Below are positions 17,484 through 24,197 of a DNA stretch of 24,197 nt, one piece after another (position 1 is the stretch's first letter; each line of letters begins with the position of its first letter). Origin of the DNA: a virus (lineage: Duplodnaviria > Heunggongvirae > Uroviricota > Caudoviricetes); IMG/VR virus record IMGVR_UViG_2619619133_000006, positions 1 to 24,197 of that record; one strand, given 5' to 3'. Position numbers and translations under genes: made by a program. A model generated the notes under the pieces. It was not told where the DNA came from, searched no databases, and worked only from the letters and a program-made list of their open reading frames with translations.

Positions 17484-17846
17484 TTAAGAAGTGAAAACAG
17501 AGTGGAACCCTTCAAGCTGGAAGCCTTTTTTAATTAATGCTGTTTTTGCTGCTTCACTTACAGCATTCAGCGCATCAGCTTTGATGCAGACAAGCCCAGC
17601 ATTGCTACGTAGCACATCTACAGGCTTGTTGTCTCCAGCCGTTAAAAACTCACTCATAACAACATAGATATCATCTCCTGATTCATATTTAGCGCCAGTG
17701 CTTGTGATCAAGTCGCCGCACTCAACATCAGCAGGAAGAGAAGCAAAAACCTTGCTTTCTACAGAGGCAAACGGATCAGTACAATAACTTACAATATCTG
17801 TGAAAGTCTTTCGAACTGGAAATAGAGTGTCTAAATCAATAATCAT
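17484..17846 (-). CDS. Hypothetical protein upstream of the capsid-like gene
   Basis: 120-aa ORF overlapping the upstream stop (ATGA). Confidence 0.4.
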   Translation of the reverse strand: MIIDLDTLFPVRKTFTDIVSYCTDPFASVESKVFASLPADVECGDLITSTGAKYESGDDIYVVMSEFLTAGDNKPVDVLRSNAGLVCIKADALNAVSEAAKTALIKKGFQLEGFHSVFTS

Positions 17847-18055
17847 TTAGTAATCTCCTTAGCTTTTAATTTGATTAATTCATTAAGGGAAGGTGTAGAC
17901 GGAGAAGAAGGAGAAAAATATTTTTCAACACATCTTTCTACTTCCTCGACAGAACACCCAGCGTATTTAGCTACCATTTCGGTAATTTGTGGATTAATTT
18001 TCAGCATTTCATCTTTATACTTGATGATTTGCTCTTTATCATTTAAGAACAACAT
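17843..18055 (-). CDS. Small hypothetical protein
   Basis: 70-aa ORF, first gene after the 18.06-18.39 kb intergenic region. Confidence 0.35.
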   Translation of the reverse strand: MLFLNDKEQIIKYKDEMLKINPQITEMVAKYAGCSVEEVERCVEKYFSPSSPSTPSLNELIKLKAKEITK

Positions 18056-18329
18056 TTATATAAACCTTGTTACCTTGTTTAAAGTAAGAAATACAACTTT
18101 TAAGTTGCATAACGGGCAAAATAAAAGGCAGCATTTAAAGCCGCCTTTGTAATTACCCTATGTTATGCACACTCCAAGATGTATGCATAACAAAGGAAAA
18201 AAGAGGTAATAATGACACAGTATTTACTTAAGGAGGAGAAGCGGGGAGCGGAGATTTTACTCCCCTTTAACGACAAGAAGAATTTTTAATATCGAACCAA
18301 TAAAGGAAAAATAATCACCCCATATAATT

Positions 18330-18358
18330 ATATTAACATACAATAGATGGAATGTCAA
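18330..18358 (-). promoter_or_regulatory. Candidate sigma70 promoter for the capsid-containing operon
   Basis: Minus strand TTGACA (18358-18353), 17-bp spacer, TAATAT (18335-18330). Downstream palindromes CAACTT-TT-AAGTTG (18095-18108) and TTATGCA-N14-TGCATAA (18163-18190) could be operators. Confidence 0.35.
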
Positions 18359-18387
18359 GATATTTTACAACTTTTTTGTTGCTTTTT

Positions 18388-18726
18388 TTATTCTTCTGTG
18401 ATAGTAGCGCCTAAGCGTTGAGCTAGTTCAACAAGTCCGTCTCCTACATAGCGAACGTCCGATTCAAGACCTTCTATCCAGTTTGATAGCTCCCATAGCT
18501 GAGCCGCTGTCAGATATGCGTTCTCACGCTTACAGAGCATCTCTACACGCTTAGAGAGGTGCTCAAAGGCATTCACAGCTAAATCCCAGTGTTTAAACGC
18601 CTCATTTAGTGCCGCTGGCGTGTTTTCTTTGTATGCTTCAAGTTCAGCGCGGTTTAAAGGCAGGAGGTAATCATCCTCATAATAATTAATTAGTGAATAA
18701 ATTGTGTCATACGTGTTTTTGTTCAT
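18388..18726 (-). CDS. Hypothetical protein
   Basis: Likely start at the ATG at 18726 (GGAGA RBS, 2 nt after the upstream stop) rather than the track start at 18753; about 112 aa. Confidence 0.4.
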   Translation of the reverse strand: MNKNTYDTIYSLINYYEDDYLLPLNRAELEAYKENTPAALNEAFKHWDLAVNAFEHLSKRVEMLCKRENAYLTAAQLWELSNWIEGLESDVRYVGDGLVELAQRLGATITEE

Positions 18727-18727
18727 A

Positions 18728-19138
18728 TTAAAAGTCTCCATAGTGATCAACATTATCTAGAATATGGAATTCTGGGACTAAATTATTTAGGCCATTTGTG
18801 GCGAGATAACCAACGTAGTGGTTATAGTCTTCAAATCCTAAAATCTGGTATTTGCGGAGTTCGTCAGAACTAACAATATACTCTTTTCTTTTTCTAGGTT
18901 TCCAGAATACACCAGGTGTTGAAGATAAGATTTCTTGTAATGCGTTAAATTCATCTCCACAAGGCACAGAGGGAGAATGTTCTATGATCTCTGTTTTCCA
19001 TTCGCCAGGGGCGCTATTTTGCTTGGTGAGCGTAACTAGCTCTTTAAAGTCTTTACGTCTTAGAATAGATTTAGGTTTACTTAGAAGAGAAGCTGAATCA
19101 CCGATTTTCTTAACAACGTTGTTTTTTCTTTTTGCCAT
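18728..19138 (-). CDS. Hypothetical basic protein
   Basis: 136-aa ORF; lysine/arginine-rich N-terminus MAKRKNNVVKK. Confidence 0.4.
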   Translation of the reverse strand: MAKRKNNVVKKIGDSASLLSKPKSILRRKDFKELVTLTKQNSAPGEWKTEIIEHSPSVPCGDEFNALQEILSSTPGVFWKPRKRKEYIVSSDELRKYQILGFEDYNHYVGYLATNGLNNLVPEFHILDNVDHYGDF

Positions 19139-19270
19139 TATTTACTTTTCCTTTTCTTTTAAAGGAAAACACCCCGAAGTATGTTTCTAACGTGAGAAAG
19201 AACAATAACCAATACATAGCTACTATCATAATAATGTTTTCCTTTTATATTTTAATTACATAGAGAGATT

Positions 19271-19546
19271 TTAGAGAGTGGAATAGATGAATTCTACTTT
19301 ATCTAGTCTTTTGAGATTGAATGTAGAGAAAGATAATTCTTTAATCTCTATAACACCGAAATTTGATAGCTGTCTAAGCCAGAATTTTAAACCATCTTCA
19401 GAGCAAGCTGCTCGATGTAACACATCGCTATATTTTAGCGGTGTTGGCTTTCCTTTATAGAGGTAAGCAAGTGTTTCGTAGATGCGTTTTCCTGTGTCAT
19501 TACACTGAATTCTGTCTACTTGATTTTTTACTAAATATTGAATCAT
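19271..19546 (-). CDS. Small hypothetical protein
   Basis: 91-aa ORF in the operon. Confidence 0.35.
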   Translation of the reverse strand: MIQYLVKNQVDRIQCNDTGKRIYETLAYLYKGKPTPLKYSDVLHRAACSEDGLKFWLRQLSNFGVIEIKELSFSTFNLKRLDKVEFIYSTL

Positions 19547-19557
19547 AACCCTCCTTA

Positions 19558-20247
19558 TTAAAATGGAATATCAAAGTCTTCATATACTTTGGGATGTTTC
19601 TTAGCAAAATATGCCTCAATACCATTTGGTAGCTTTAACCTGTGCTTATAGGCTAACGATGTTGCAAATTCTATAAAGGATGCCCCTCCTGTTCTGGTAT
19701 TCTTCTGCGTGATAATAAGAGAGGCAAAATTCTCTAACACATCCTCCTCATTATCATTAGCTACCTTTTCATTTGATGAAACAGGTGTTTCTTCCATCTC
19801 CCAGGGTAAAGGCGTATCCCAATCATCAAGAACATCAAAAGAAGGCTGTTTATGGCCTTTAGGTTGTTCCTGTGCTTCTTCTGCCTCAGAAAGATCAGAG
19901 AGTGATGATTCTCCTGGGGGAGTAATATGTGCATCTGTGAGAGGGAGAGCATTGTAAATCAAAGATGAAATATACGGATCAGGATGTGGGGATGTTTCTA
20001 ATAATCCCATCTCTTTAAGATCGTTTATCTTACGTTTAATTGTTGACGCTGAAGACTTAAAAATCTTAGCTAATGTTTCGTGACTTTCATAACAATTAAG
20101 GTTGTTTTCCTGATAACTAAGGAATCGAAAATAAAGCACAATATGTAATAGTTCTAAATCTTTTCCTTGAGGGAATTTATCAGAATAAATCTTTGATACA
20201 TTATCAAACGTGTCATAGTGTTTTGTAAAAGTTAGTTGATTAATCAT
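19558..20247 (-). CDS. Putative DNA-binding / replication-initiator-like protein (N-terminal winged HTH, acidic linker)
   Basis: 229-aa ORF; LELLHIVLYFRFLSYQENNLNCYESHETLAKIFKSSASTIKRKINDLKEMGLLE resembles the HTH of phage/plasmid initiators; lies near the iteron region. Confidence 0.35.
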   Translation of the reverse strand: MINQLTFTKHYDTFDNVSKIYSDKFPQGKDLELLHIVLYFRFLSYQENNLNCYESHETLAKIFKSSASTIKRKINDLKEMGLLETSPHPDPYISSLIYNALPLTDAHITPPGESSLSDLSEAEEAQEQPKGHKQPSFDVLDDWDTPLPWEMEETPVSSNEKVANDNEEDVLENFASLIITQKNTRTGGASFIEFATSLAYKHRLKLPNGIEAYFAKKHPKVYEDFDIPF

Positions 20248-20298
20248 TAAAAATCTCCTTATAAATCACGCTTAATGCGCTACTAAAGTGAATGAGGA

Positions 20299-20466
20299 TC
20301 ACTTACCCTTTTTTTGTTTGATGTTCTCTGCTGCTTCAGTAATGATTTCTAACATCAAATCACTGACCATAATTTGCCTTTTCTTGGCTTCAGCAAATAA
20401 AACCTTGAAGATTTCAGGGTCAACGTGTAGGTAAGTGCGCGGAATTGGTTTCTTAGTTTCGCTCAT
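20299..20466 (-). CDS. Small protein (55 aa), possible DNA-binding regulator
   Basis: Below the ORF-track size cutoff. ATG at 20466-20464 with AGGAGA RBS; MSETKKPIPRTYLHVDPEIFKVLFAEAKKRQIMVSDLMLEIITEAAENIKQKKGK; a beta-strand-then-helix pattern is compatible with ribbon-helix-helix, which is uncertain. Confidence 0.3.
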   Translation of the reverse strand: MSETKKPIPRTYLHVDPEIFKVLFAEAKKRQIMVSDLMLEIITEAAENIKQKKGK

Positions 20467-20485
20467 AGTTTTCTCCTTCTATTCT

Positions 20486-20674
20486 TTACTCTGTTTCAGA
20501 TTCTTTTTCATTTTTTCTTAATTCATCAATAATCTTGAGTGCTTCATTGAAGCAAGCTGCTCGCTCTGGATAACCTCGACTCCTTGCCATATTACGATTC
20601 ATTACTATTTGATGGCGTGTAAGCTCACCTTTTTTAAATGCCTGGATGACGTGCTCAGATGTAAACCATTTCAT
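20486..20674 (-). CDS. Small hypothetical protein (first gene of the minus-strand operon)
   Basis: 62-aa ORF directly downstream of the candidate promoter at about 20.8 kb. Confidence 0.3.
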   Translation of the reverse strand: MKWFTSEHVIQAFKKGELTRHQIVMNRNMARSRGYPERAACFNEALKIIDELRKNEKESETE

Positions 20675-20784
20675 AAAAAACTCCTTATTCAGTTAAAAGA
20701 AAAAACACCTTGCAAGCCTGACGGCTTCAAAGTGCATTGATTTTGATTATTTAGAGAAGAATGTTTTCTGTCCCTCTAATACCT

Positions 20785-20813
20785 ATTATTACATATAAAG
20801 AAACATTTGTCAA
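20785..20813 (-). promoter_or_regulatory. Candidate sigma70 promoter facing the 62-aa gene
   Basis: Minus strand TTGACA (20813-20808), 17-bp spacer, AATAAT (20790-20785). Confidence 0.3.
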
Positions 20814-20905
20814 TACCCTTTCCGAAAAAAATCGATCTTTTTCATGCACTTACATTTTTTCTTAGCTATTCGTGCTCTTCTGTGTAGTGCTATTCTTCCT
20901 TATTG

Positions 20906-20935
20906 TCTAAAACGCTCTAAAACGCTCTAAAACGC
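20906..20935. repeat. Three exact tandem copies of 10-bp TCTAAAACGC
   Basis: Copies at 20906-20915, 20916-20925, 20926-20935. Confidence 0.7.
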
Positions 20936-21349
20936 GTTATAACGAGATTTTGATAAAAGCAATACATTCCCTTATGTAATGGCTGTTTAGCTCGCCAGAG
21001 GCTTATTTAAGGGGCTTATTTTGTATTTGTTAGGTATATGAAAAGGTAATGGTAGATATAAGATAGAGAGTCACTTTATAAAACGCTATGTAAAGCCCTG
21101 TAGTGAGCTTATATGTGTAGGCAATGCGTTTCCATTCCCTACCCTGCTTAATGCTGTTAGAGAAGCATTTAGACCCCTTATTTTTAATTAATTAAAGTAT
21201 CCTCTATACATTCCTGTTATGAAACACCTCTGAATCCTTCATAAAACACATTATGACGCAAAGAACACTTTTCTAAGGTGATTCCCTTCCTGAATGCTGT
21301 TTCTTGCGTCAGAGAGCTACAGAGAGCTTATAAAGCTATTATTAATAAT

Positions 21350-21410
21350 AAAGTAGATAAAGTAAGATAAGTAAGTAAGATAACTAAGATAGATAAGATT
21401 AATAAGATCA
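21350..21410. repeat. AT-rich GATAA / TAAGATAA repeat cluster
   Basis: aagtagataaagtaagataagtaagtaagataactaagatagataagattaataagatcag; multiple GATAA units. Confidence 0.5.
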
Positions 21411-21450
21411 GAATTCTCTTTCGGTGTCGCCTCTGGCTTTTCCACCGAAA

Positions 21451-21617
21451 ACAATTACACGACTACAGAATGTAGGAAGTGGAATTGTATTGAGGCTTAG
21501 TGAAATTACACGAGGAAAGCAGAGTGTAATTGAGCTTTAGCCGCTCTCTCTTCGAGTAATTACACAACTACAGAGAATAACGAGAGTTATTAAGTGTAGG
21601 AAGTGGAATTAAGAGGT
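21451..21617. repeat. Dispersed direct repeats (AATTACAC-N-ACTACAGA and 16-bp TGTAGGAAGTGGAATT, two copies each)
   Basis: TGTAGGAAGTGGAATT at 21471-21486 and 21595-21610 (exact); AATTACAC(G/A)ACTACAGA at about 21453 and 21559; the second copy carries a palindromic insert aataacgagagttatt. Confidence 0.6.
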
Positions 21618-21649
21618 AGAGAGAGTTACACATAAGCAATCAGTATGAT

Positions 21650-21835
21650 TGGTTAGGTGATTACTCTTCTGCGCACAGCGCAATAGTATTTCTTCGTGGG
21701 CGTTATCGCCAACGAAGTTACACGAAGAAAGTAACGCTTTGCTTTCGGTGTGAGCGGAACGGGCCAGCCACGAAGCCCGAAAGGTAGCGGAGTAAGGCTG
21801 CTTGCCAGGGAGTGAAGCTAACGCCGGAAGGCAAA
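21650..21835. ncRNA. GC-rich structured island inside the AT-rich origin-like region; candidate regulatory RNA
   Basis: Hairpins cttcgtgggcg-ttat-cgccaacgaag (21683-21708) and ctttcgg...ccgaaag (21739-21781). The only long ORF here (21609-21842, minus) translates to non-protein-like sequence. Confidence 0.25.
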
Positions 21836-21840
21836 AGATC

Positions 21841-21852
21841 ATATATATATAT
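21841..21852. repeat. (AT)6 dinucleotide repeat; candidate DNA-unwinding element
   Basis: atatatatatat immediately upstream of the 22-bp iterons. Confidence 0.4.
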
Positions 21853-21924
21853 AGATATAAAGAATATTATTATTATGATCTAATTAATAATCTAATATAG
21901 TTTTATTAATAGTCTTATTGTAGT

Positions 21925-22026
21925 TCACAGTGACCTACCCCCTAGCTCACTATGACCTACCCCCTAGCTCACTATGACCTACCCCCTAGCTCATAGTGAA
22001 CTACCCCCTAGGTCACAGTGACCTAT
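21925..22026. repeat. Iteron array A: 4.5 tandem copies of 22-bp TCACTATGACCTACCCCCTAGC
   Basis: Copies at 21925, 21947, 21969, 21991 (variant) and partial at 22013; directly abutting, no spacers. Confidence 0.8.
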
Positions 22027-22082
22027 ATAGTATAAAGAATATTATTTATATTATTTAATTATAGTATTTAATTATAGTATTG

Positions 22083-22184
22083 GTGGAACTCATTTCCTAG
22101 GTAGGTAGGAACTCATTTCCTAAGTAGGTAGGAAACCACTTCCTAGGTTACTTCCTAAATAGATCGGAAATCATTTCCTAGGTG
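22083..22184. repeat. Iteron array B: 4-5 copies of about 23-bp GGAACTCATTTCCTAGGTAG-like unit
   Basis: Copies at about 22085, 22108, 22131, 22166; each contains internal GGAA...TTCC dyad symmetry. Confidence 0.75.
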
Positions 22185-22198
22185 TTATTTATACTTAT

Positions 22199-22262
22199 CG
22201 GGTATCAGTTTTGATAGGGGTATCAGACTTGATAGGGGTAACAGAATTTTGTTAGGGTAAAA
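22199..22262. repeat. Iteron array C: 3-4 copies of about 18-bp TTGATAGGGGTATCAGA
   Basis: Copies at 22211-22227 and 22229-22245, plus partial copies on both sides. Confidence 0.7.
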
Positions 22263-22304
22263 ATCTCTTTAAAAGTTAAGATTAACAGAATTCTGTGGGG
22301 GTGG

Positions 22305-22341
22305 TTCACTATGACCTACCCCTAGTTCACTGTGAGCTACC
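22305..22341. repeat. Two further array-A-type iterons about 280 bp from the main array
   Basis: ttcactatgacctacccctag (22305-22325) and ttcactgtgagctacc (22326-22341). Confidence 0.65.
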
Positions 22342-22470
22342 GTTACATTCAATCATCTTCCGATGTGTAATATCGTTACATTCAATAATTAGTCTATGTA
22401 ACATATCGTTACTACCAACTTTCTTACAGAGAGCATTTCAGATAGCTGAATGTAACCTCTCGTTACATCC
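22340..22470. repeat. Repeat family CGTTACAT(T)C (4 direct copies plus 1 inverted)
   Basis: Copies at about 22340, 22372, 22406 and 22460; inverted copy tgaatgtaacc at 22447. Confidence 0.6.
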
Positions 22471-22936
22471 ATTTGTCACATAGCACTCTGTGTAATGTCT
22501 TTCTATGTGTGTGCCATAATCCCCCTATATTCCCTGTGTAAATCATAGAATATCCCTAACTTATTCCTGTGTAATTCCCTACTAAAAAATCCAATGAAAA
22601 ATGGCTTCAAAGTGCAATGTTAGCTTTCTTCACTTTTACATCACTTTCGCAAAGCCTTGTGTAATGCGGTTTACAGAGCACCATCAGAAATTGTTGGCTA
22701 AAAATTGTTCTGCTTGTTTCTTAATGAGTTTTCTTGTTTGTGCAAATTTTAAAATTTATTTTGTTTTTACAGCCTTATTTCGTGTAATGCGTGGCATAGC
22801 AAGCCCTTTTCTTGTGTTGTCAAGACATTTGGCAACGTTCAAACATCTGTTTAGAAATGCCAAATTATTGATCTAACAAATAAACCTGTATAAACAGAAC
22901 ACCATTTAATCTATTCCCCTGTGTATCCATTAGGCA

Positions 22937-23045
22937 TACCAAATGAATACAGCTAAATCGTGTAATATTCCGTACCCATAAGGCTTGAAACAGACCAAAT
23001 GAATACGATATACTCATTTGCATTGAAGTAGTGCCAAATCGATAC
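22937..23045. promoter_or_regulatory. Candidate recombinase-binding (res-like) site upstream of the serine recombinase gene
   Basis: Direct repeats ACCAAATGAATAC (22937-22949, 22997-23009) and related GCCAAATCGATAC (about 23031), 15-120 bp upstream of the recombinase start. Confidence 0.3.
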
Positions 23046-23059
23046 ATTAAGAGGATTTT

Positions 23060-23599
23060 ATGAGCAATATCGGTTATAAGCGTGTGAGCACTGTAGATCA
23101 GAACACTGATCGCCAGCTTGCAGGAGTAACGCTTGATAAAGTCTTTGAAGATAAGCTGTCAGGTAAAGACACTAACCGTCCAGGCTTACAAGCGTGTTTA
23201 TCCTATCTGAGAGAAGGCGACACCTTACACGTGCACTCTCTCGATCGTTTAGGGCGTAACACCTTAGACATTCTTGCCTTAGTGGAACAACTTAATAATC
23301 GTGGTGTAATTGTTCGCTTTCACAAAGAAGGGATCATTGCAGACATTACAAGCGCGATGGGAAAGATGATGCTTACGATGTTGTCGGCAGTTGCAACGTG
23401 TGAACGTGAACTGATGTTAGAGCGTAAACGAGAAGCGCAAGCCGTCAATCCTACAAAGCGTGGTAAAGGTAAAGCAGTGGATAGGGAAGGTATAAAGAAA
23501 GCCCTTTCTGATGGCCTGTCAGTGCGTAAAACCGCCGAGAGCTTTAATGTTGCTCCTTCAACGGTACAGCGAATTAAGAAGGAAGAAGAGGAGGCGTAA
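23060..23599 (+). CDS. Small serine recombinase (resolvase/invertase family)
   Basis: 179-aa ORF; catalytic N-terminus MSNIGYKRVSTVDQNTDRQ with Ser in the RVST motif; aligns in pattern with Hin/Gin/Tn3 resolvase; C-terminal HTH LSVRKTAESFNVAPSTVQRI. Confidence 0.85.
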   Translation: MSNIGYKRVSTVDQNTDRQLAGVTLDKVFEDKLSGKDTNRPGLQACLSYLREGDTLHVHSLDRLGRNTLDILALVEQLNNRGVIVRFHKEGIIADITSAMGKMMLTMLSAVATCERELMLERKREAQAVNPTKRGKGKAVDREGIKKALSDGLSVRKTAESFNVAPSTVQRIKKEEEEA

Positions 23600-23710
23600 T
23601 GCCTCCTTGATATTTGGGGATTCTGGATTTTCCAGATCGGGGGGCGCTGAAAATCGCGTTAAGCACCTCTCGCAATCTAGCCATAAGGGAAGGAATATAG
23701 GTATTTAGAT

Positions 23711-23750
23711 GTATTTATAGCTATTTATGGCTATTTATGGCTATTTATTT
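23711..23750. repeat. Four to five tandem 10-bp repeats (G/C)TATTTAT(G/A)G
   Basis: gtatttatag, ctatttatgg, ctatttatgg, ctatttattt in tandem; 10-bp phasing. Confidence 0.65.
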
Positions 23751-24038
23751 TTTATTTACCTTTATTTAAAAATAACCTTATAAATCAATAAGATACAGAA
23801 CTATCTGTTTATATTTTAACCAATTAAATCAAGTTTAATACCCTTAAATAACCTGAAAATAGCCTTAAATACCCCAATAATTAATTTTAAGGTTTTCCGT
23901 GTTCTCTTCTGCATTATGAAAATGCAAAATAAGGCACAAAACAAGCGCACAGACGCATTAAACACACATCACCTATACATCCCTATACCAAGCAATGAAA
24001 ACAGCGTTAGAATGCGTCCTGTTGGGTTCTGGAGATTT

Positions 24039-24197
24039 TCAGAAATCCTCTCTAAGCCATTTCAACTCACTAAGGAGTTTTCTTTCTTCGTTCTCTCGCT
24101 GTTTACGCTCTAGCCAGGCTTTTCCTTCTGGCGTAGACAGGAACTTACGAGCGTGAATCTTGCGGTTATTACGTTTTATAGCTGCAATGTTTTTCAT
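24039..24197 (-). CDS. Small basic hypothetical protein (52 aa), start codon at the window edge
   Basis: Minus-strand ATG at 24197-24195; MKNIAAIKRNNRKIHARKFLSTPEGKAWLERKQRENEERKLLSELKWLREDF; below the ORF-track cutoff. The start may lie further upstream outside the window. Confidence 0.25.
   Translation of the reverse strand: MKNIAAIKRNNRKIHARKFLSTPEGKAWLERKQRENEERKLLSELKWLREDF

Larger units (their letters stand above)
12049..24197. mobile_element. Second integrative element, AT-rich, with phage-like and plasmid-like modules (satellite or phage-plasmid-like); right boundary beyond window
   Basis: Visible drop in GC after about 12.05 kb; own integrase next to the att core; capsid-like gene; iteron-dense origin-like region; serine recombinase. 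Confidence 0.5.

Noticed and set aside
21925-22026. CRISPR array
   Set aside because: The 22-bp units abut directly with no spacers, the neighbouring repeats belong to different families, and there are no cas genes.
21609-23047. ORF-track candidates 21609-21842, 22295-22483, 22601-22876 and 22865-23047
   Set aside because: They lie in the repeat-dense origin-like region, lack RBSs, and have low-complexity translations dictated by the repeats.
23916-24113. 65-aa plus-strand ORF near the window end
   Set aside because: It overlaps a minus-strand small ORF, has no evident RBS, and lies in AT-rich sequence with a weak protein-like character. Neither reading is strongly supported.

Overview
The window holds two adjacent integrated mobile elements meeting at a short tRNA-derived att core. 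(1) Positions 1-12029 are the late-gene-start to integrase portion of a lambdoid prophage, drawn in reverse orientation: lambda-S-type holin (partial) <- single plus-strand accessory gene (SDH/ClpP-fold serine peptidase) <- Q antiterminator <- DUF968 <- KilA-N <- rusA remnant <- truncated replication initiator with in-gene iterons <- early genes <- Cro-like | CI-like repressor -> yfdPQRST-like module -> Xis-like -> P22/DLP12-type tyrosine integrase. Operators with core TTGC-N7-GCAA flank the repressor gene. The replication module looks deleted, so the prophage is probably defective. (2) At 12030-12048 a 19-bp copy of the 3' end of tRNA-Thr (thrW, reverse complement) sits between two integrase genes. 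(3) From about 12049 to the window end is a visibly AT-richer second element: its own tyrosine integrase, a minus-strand operon of small unknown proteins plus a 342-aa capsid-like protein (local resemblance to T7 gp10, recalled from memory), a 613-aa coiled-coil protein, no recognisable portal or terminase, then a ~2.3-kb non-coding region packed with at least six iteron/repeat families, a GC-rich structured island, and a serine recombinase. I regard element 2 (capsid-like gene plus plasmid-like iteron origin plus resolvase in an integrative element) as the most likely undescribed system, followed by the single-gene peptidase between Q and the holin. All calls are from reading the sequence and remembered family signatures; no database search was run.
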